The notes under the pieces were generated by a model, which saw nothing but the letters and a program-made list of their open reading frames with translations, did not search any database and was not told where the DNA came from. A stretch of DNA of 64,000 nt from Pontiella sp. (GTDB lineage: Bacteria; Verrucomicrobiota; Kiritimatiellia; Kiritimatiellales; Pontiellaceae), in NCBI GenBank assembly GCA_050290185.1, contig JBNKHE010000001.1, forward strand, positions 514,713 to 578,712. The letters run 5' to 3'. Position 1 is the first letter of the stretch; every line of letters starts with the position of its first letter. A program made the translations under genes and the position numbers. Below are positions 60,943 to 64,000 of the stretch, piece after piece.

Positions 60943-63900
60943 CTAGGTTGTGGGCAACGGCTCGCCGTCTTTGTTCTTCACCTGGAAGTTGAGCCCGAGG
61001 CCCTGCAATTCCTTGATCAGAACGTTGAACGATTCCGGTCGACCGGAGTCGAGCACGTTTTCGCCCTTGACGATGGCCTCGTACATACGGGTACGGCCGG
61101 CGATGTCGTCACTCTTCACCGTCAGGATTTCCTGCAGCGCATGAGCGGCACCGTAGGCTTCGAGCGCCCACACTTCCATTTCCCCGAAACGCTGGCCACC
61201 GTATTGGGCCTTGCCGCCCAGTGGCTGCTGGGTAACCAGCGAGTACGGGCCGACGGCCCGGGCATGGATCTTTTCGCTGACCAGGTGATGCAGTTTCAGA
61301 ATATACATCACACCAACCACAACGCGTTGTTCGAACCGTTCGCCGGTGCGTCCATCGTAGAGTTCGGTCTTACCGTCTTCCGCCAGTCCGGCTTCGCCGA
61401 GCATATCGCGGATCTGCTGTTCCGAGATGCCGTCGAAAATCGGGGTGGCCGCATGCATACCAAGGTGCTTACAGGCCCAACCCAGATGGGTTTCCAGAAC
61501 CTGACCCACGTTCATACGCGAAGGTACCCCCAGCGGATTGAGTACGATGTCTACCGGAGTTCCATCCGGGAGGAACGGCATATCCTCTTCGGCCACAATA
61601 CGGGAGATAACCCCCTTGTTACCGTGGCGGCCGGCCATCTTGTCACCCACAGAAAGTTTCTTCTTGGTAGCGATGTAGACCTTCACCGACTTGACGATAC
61701 CCGCATCCATTTCCTCGCCGCTTCCGGCGCGGTCGAGCGAACGGTCTTTGTCTTCCTTCGCTTCGGTGAACTTGTTGCGGTATTCGTCGATGATTCCCAT
61801 GATCTTGATACGGATCGGGCTTGGATCGATTTCAACGTGTTCGTAGTTTGCTGCCAGCTTGCGCAGCAACGTCTTGGTGATCTTGCGGTTGGCCGGAATA
61901 ATGACATCGCCACTCTCGGCGTTCATCACATCCAGCGGAATCTTTTCACCGAGCAGAATATTCGAGAGCGCTTCCGTCAGATCTTCCGTCAGTTGAGTAA
62001 CCACGTCCTCATGACGATCCTGAATTTCACCCTGCAGCTTCTTCACATCAGTGGGCTTTTCCTTGCCGTTGGCAGACAGGTTCTTGGACGAAACCTTAAC
62101 GTCCATGACGATCCCGTAGGTGCCGGACGGCGCCTTAAGCGAGGTGTCGCGGACATCAGCGGCTTTTTCGCCGAAGATGGCGCGCAACAGGCGTTCTTCG
62201 GGAGCCAGCTCAGTTTCGCTCTTCGGCGTGATCTTACCTACGAGAATATCGCCCGGCTTGACTTCTGCACCGACTTGAATAATCCCGTCATGCGACAGAC
62301 ACTTCAGCGCTTCTTCACCAACATTCGGGATATCGCGGGTGATTTCTTCCGGACCCAGCTTGGTATCGCGGGCGCCGCATTCAAACTCTTCGATATGAAT
62401 CGAAGTGTAGACGTCTTCACGCACCAGCTTTTCGTTGATGAGGATGGCGTCCTCGAAGTTGTAGCCGCCCCAGGGCATGAAAGCCACAACGGCATTCTTT
62501 CCGAGTGCAAGCTCGCCCTGATCCGTTCCGGATCCATCGGCCAGCACATCGCCTGCCTTGATCTTCTGTCCCGTCTTCACAAGCGGGCGCTGATTAAGGC
62601 AGGTTCCTGCATTGGAGCGCATGAATTTCCGCAACTTGTAACTCTGGTATTCCGAAGAAGGAGCCTTCTTTGCCGGCATCTTGCCGTCCTTGGAAATCAC
62701 GATCTTATCGGCGGAAGCGTAGGCTACGATCCCGTCTTCACGGGCGGTGATGAGCACACGCGAGTCGCGGGCCAGACGACCTTCAATGCCGCTACCGACA
62801 AACGGACGCTCGGATTTCATGAGCGGAACCGCCTGGCGTTGCATGTTCGAACCCATCAAGGCGCGGTTAGCATCGTCGTGCTCGAGGAACGGGATCAGAC
62901 CGGCAGCAATGGATACCACCTGTTTCGGCGATACGTCCATGTATTCAACCTTCTCCGGCGGCACTTCAATGAAGTCGCCGCGGACGCGGACCATGACCCG
63001 GTCGTTTACAAAGCAACGATTCTCGTCGAGCTCCGCATTGGCCTGAGCAATCACATAACGTTCTTCTTCGTCAGCGGTCAGCCAATCATACTTCTTGGCA
63101 ACCTTACCCTTTGAAACATTCAGGTAGGGCGTAACGATGAAGCCATATTCATTGACCTTCGCGAAAGTGGACAACGAGGAAATCAGTCCGATATTCGGAC
63201 CTTCTGGCGTTTCGATCGGACAAATACGACCGTAGTGCGAGCTGTGTACGTCGCGCACTTCGAAACCGGCGCGATCGCGGTTCAGGCCACCCGGTCCAAG
63301 TGCGGAAAGACGTCGTTTGTGCGTCAGTTCCGAAAGCGGATTCGTCTGGTCCATGAACTGAGACAGCTGGCTGCGGCCAAAGAAATCCTTTATCACAGCG
63401 GACAGGGCCTTCGGATTGATCAGCTTCTGGGAAGAGAGGCGGTCAACCGTCGTATCAAAGATGGTCATGCGCTCCTTCACGAGGCGCTGGATACGGGCCA
63501 GGCCAACGCGGCACTGGCCTTCAAGCAGTTCACCGACCGTACGGATGCGGCGGCTGCCAAGATGGTCGATATCGTCGAGCGTGCCCTCGCCCATGCGAAC
63601 CATGAGCAGATAGCGCAATGCTTCAACAACGTCCTCAACTTCCAGGGTCAGGGAGTCGCTCTTGATACCGAGTTTCTGCTGGATCTTATAGCGGCCAACG
63701 CGGCTCAGGCTGAAACGTGCTTCATCGAAGAAGAGACGCTTAATCATCTGACGTGCTGAGGCGGTAGTCGGCGGATCGCCCGGGCGGAGCTTCTGGTACA
63801 GATCCTTGAGCGCTTCATCAACCGTACGGGTTGTGTCGGCCTGCACACTCTTCAGGAACAGACCCTGGTCCCATTCGACGTTAACAACGGAAATTTTCTT

Positions 63901-64000
63901 GTAGCCAGCCAGCTTCATCCGCTGGATCATATCTACGGTCAGCGCATCGTAACGGCGGCCAATCACGGACTCCGAGTCCGCATCGATCACATCGTCGCGG
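60943..64000 (-). CDS. rpoB: RNA polymerase beta subunit (5' end outside window)
   Basis: [31 protein letters not shown]. Confidence 0.99.
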   Translation of the reverse strand, partial: RDDVIDADSESVIGRRYDALTVDMIQRMKLAGYKKISVVNVEWDQGLFLKSVQADTTRTVDEALKDLYQKLRPGDPPTTASARQMIKRLFFDEARFSLSRVGRYKIQQKLGIKSDSLTLEVEDVVEALRYLLMVRMGEGTLDDIDHLGSRRIRTVGELLEGQCRVGLARIQRLVKERMTIFDTTVDRLSSQKLINPKALSAVIKDFFGRSQLSQFMDQTNPLSELTHKRRLSALGPGGLNRDRAGFEVRDVHSSHYGRICPIETPEGPNIGLISSLSTFAKVNEYGFIVTPYLNVSKGKVAKKYDWLTADEEERYVIAQANAELDENRCFVNDRVMVRVRGDFIEVPPEKVEYMDVSPKQVVSIAAGLIPFLEHDDANRALMGSNMQRQAVPLMKSERPFVGSGIEGRLARDSRVLITAREDGIVAYASADKIVISKDGKMPAKKAPSSEYQSYKLRKFMRSNAGTCLNQRPLVKTGQKIKAGDVLADGSGTDQGELALGKNAVVAFMPWGGYNFEDAILINEKLVREDVYTSIHIEEFECGARDTKLGPEEITRDIPNVGEEALKCLSHDGIIQVGAEVKPGDILVGKITPKSETELAPEERLLRAIFGEKAADVRDTSLKAPSGTYGIVMDVKVSSKNLSANGKEKPTDVKKLQGEIQDRHEDVVTQLTEDLTEALSNILLGEKIPLDVMNAESGDVIIPANRKITKTLLRKLAANYEHVEIDPSPIRIKIMGIIDEYRNKFTEAKEDKDRSLDRAGSGEEMDAGIVKSVKVYIATKKKLSVGDKMAGRHGNKGVISRIVAEEDMPFLPDGTPVDIVLNPLGVPSRMNVGQVLETHLGWACKHLGMHAATPIFDGISEQQIRDMLGEAGLAEDGKTELYDGRTGERFEQRVVVGVMYILKLHHLVSEKIHARAVGPYSLVTQQPLGGKAQYGGQRFGEMEVWALEAYGAAHALQEILTVKSDDIAGRTRMYEAIVKGENVLDSGRPESFNVLIKELQGLGLNFQVKNKDGEPLPTT

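Overview
Chromosomal window, probably from a PVC-superphylum bacterium (Verrucomicrobiota/Kiritimatiellota-like; inferred from the PEP-CTERM gene, the 'VYSANIVGY' protein and an 'FYRV' C-terminus). 1-36.2 kb is a phosphate-starvation supercluster. Its minus-strand operon encodes a secreted Asp/Gly-rich beta-helix-like protein, a lipoprotein, a TonB-dependent receptor, a complete TonB2-type motor, a second PhoB-like regulator and a GH67-like enzyme. Next come an orphan HMG-CoA reductase, cmoA and arnTBCAD, then phoBR, two Na/Pi cotransporters, a porin, pstS, pstCAB and phoU. Non-canonical 11-bp-period (C/T)TAAC repeats (candidate Pho boxes) lie upstream of most of these units, and the beta-helix gene has a highly structured, possibly pseudoknotted leader. 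36.3-42.5 kb is housekeeping (rph, rpmH, rnpA, yidD, yidC, rpoN, MBL hydrolase). 42.9-56.6 kb is an accessory region: autotransporter, surface-protein/PEP-CTERM pair, and an arylsulfotransferase-chrA-sulfotransferase operon between decayed IS30 and IS5 remnants. 56.7-64 kb holds rpoC and a partial rpoB. No rRNA, tRNA or CRISPR array was recognised. All assignments come from motif recognition by eye; no database searches were run.
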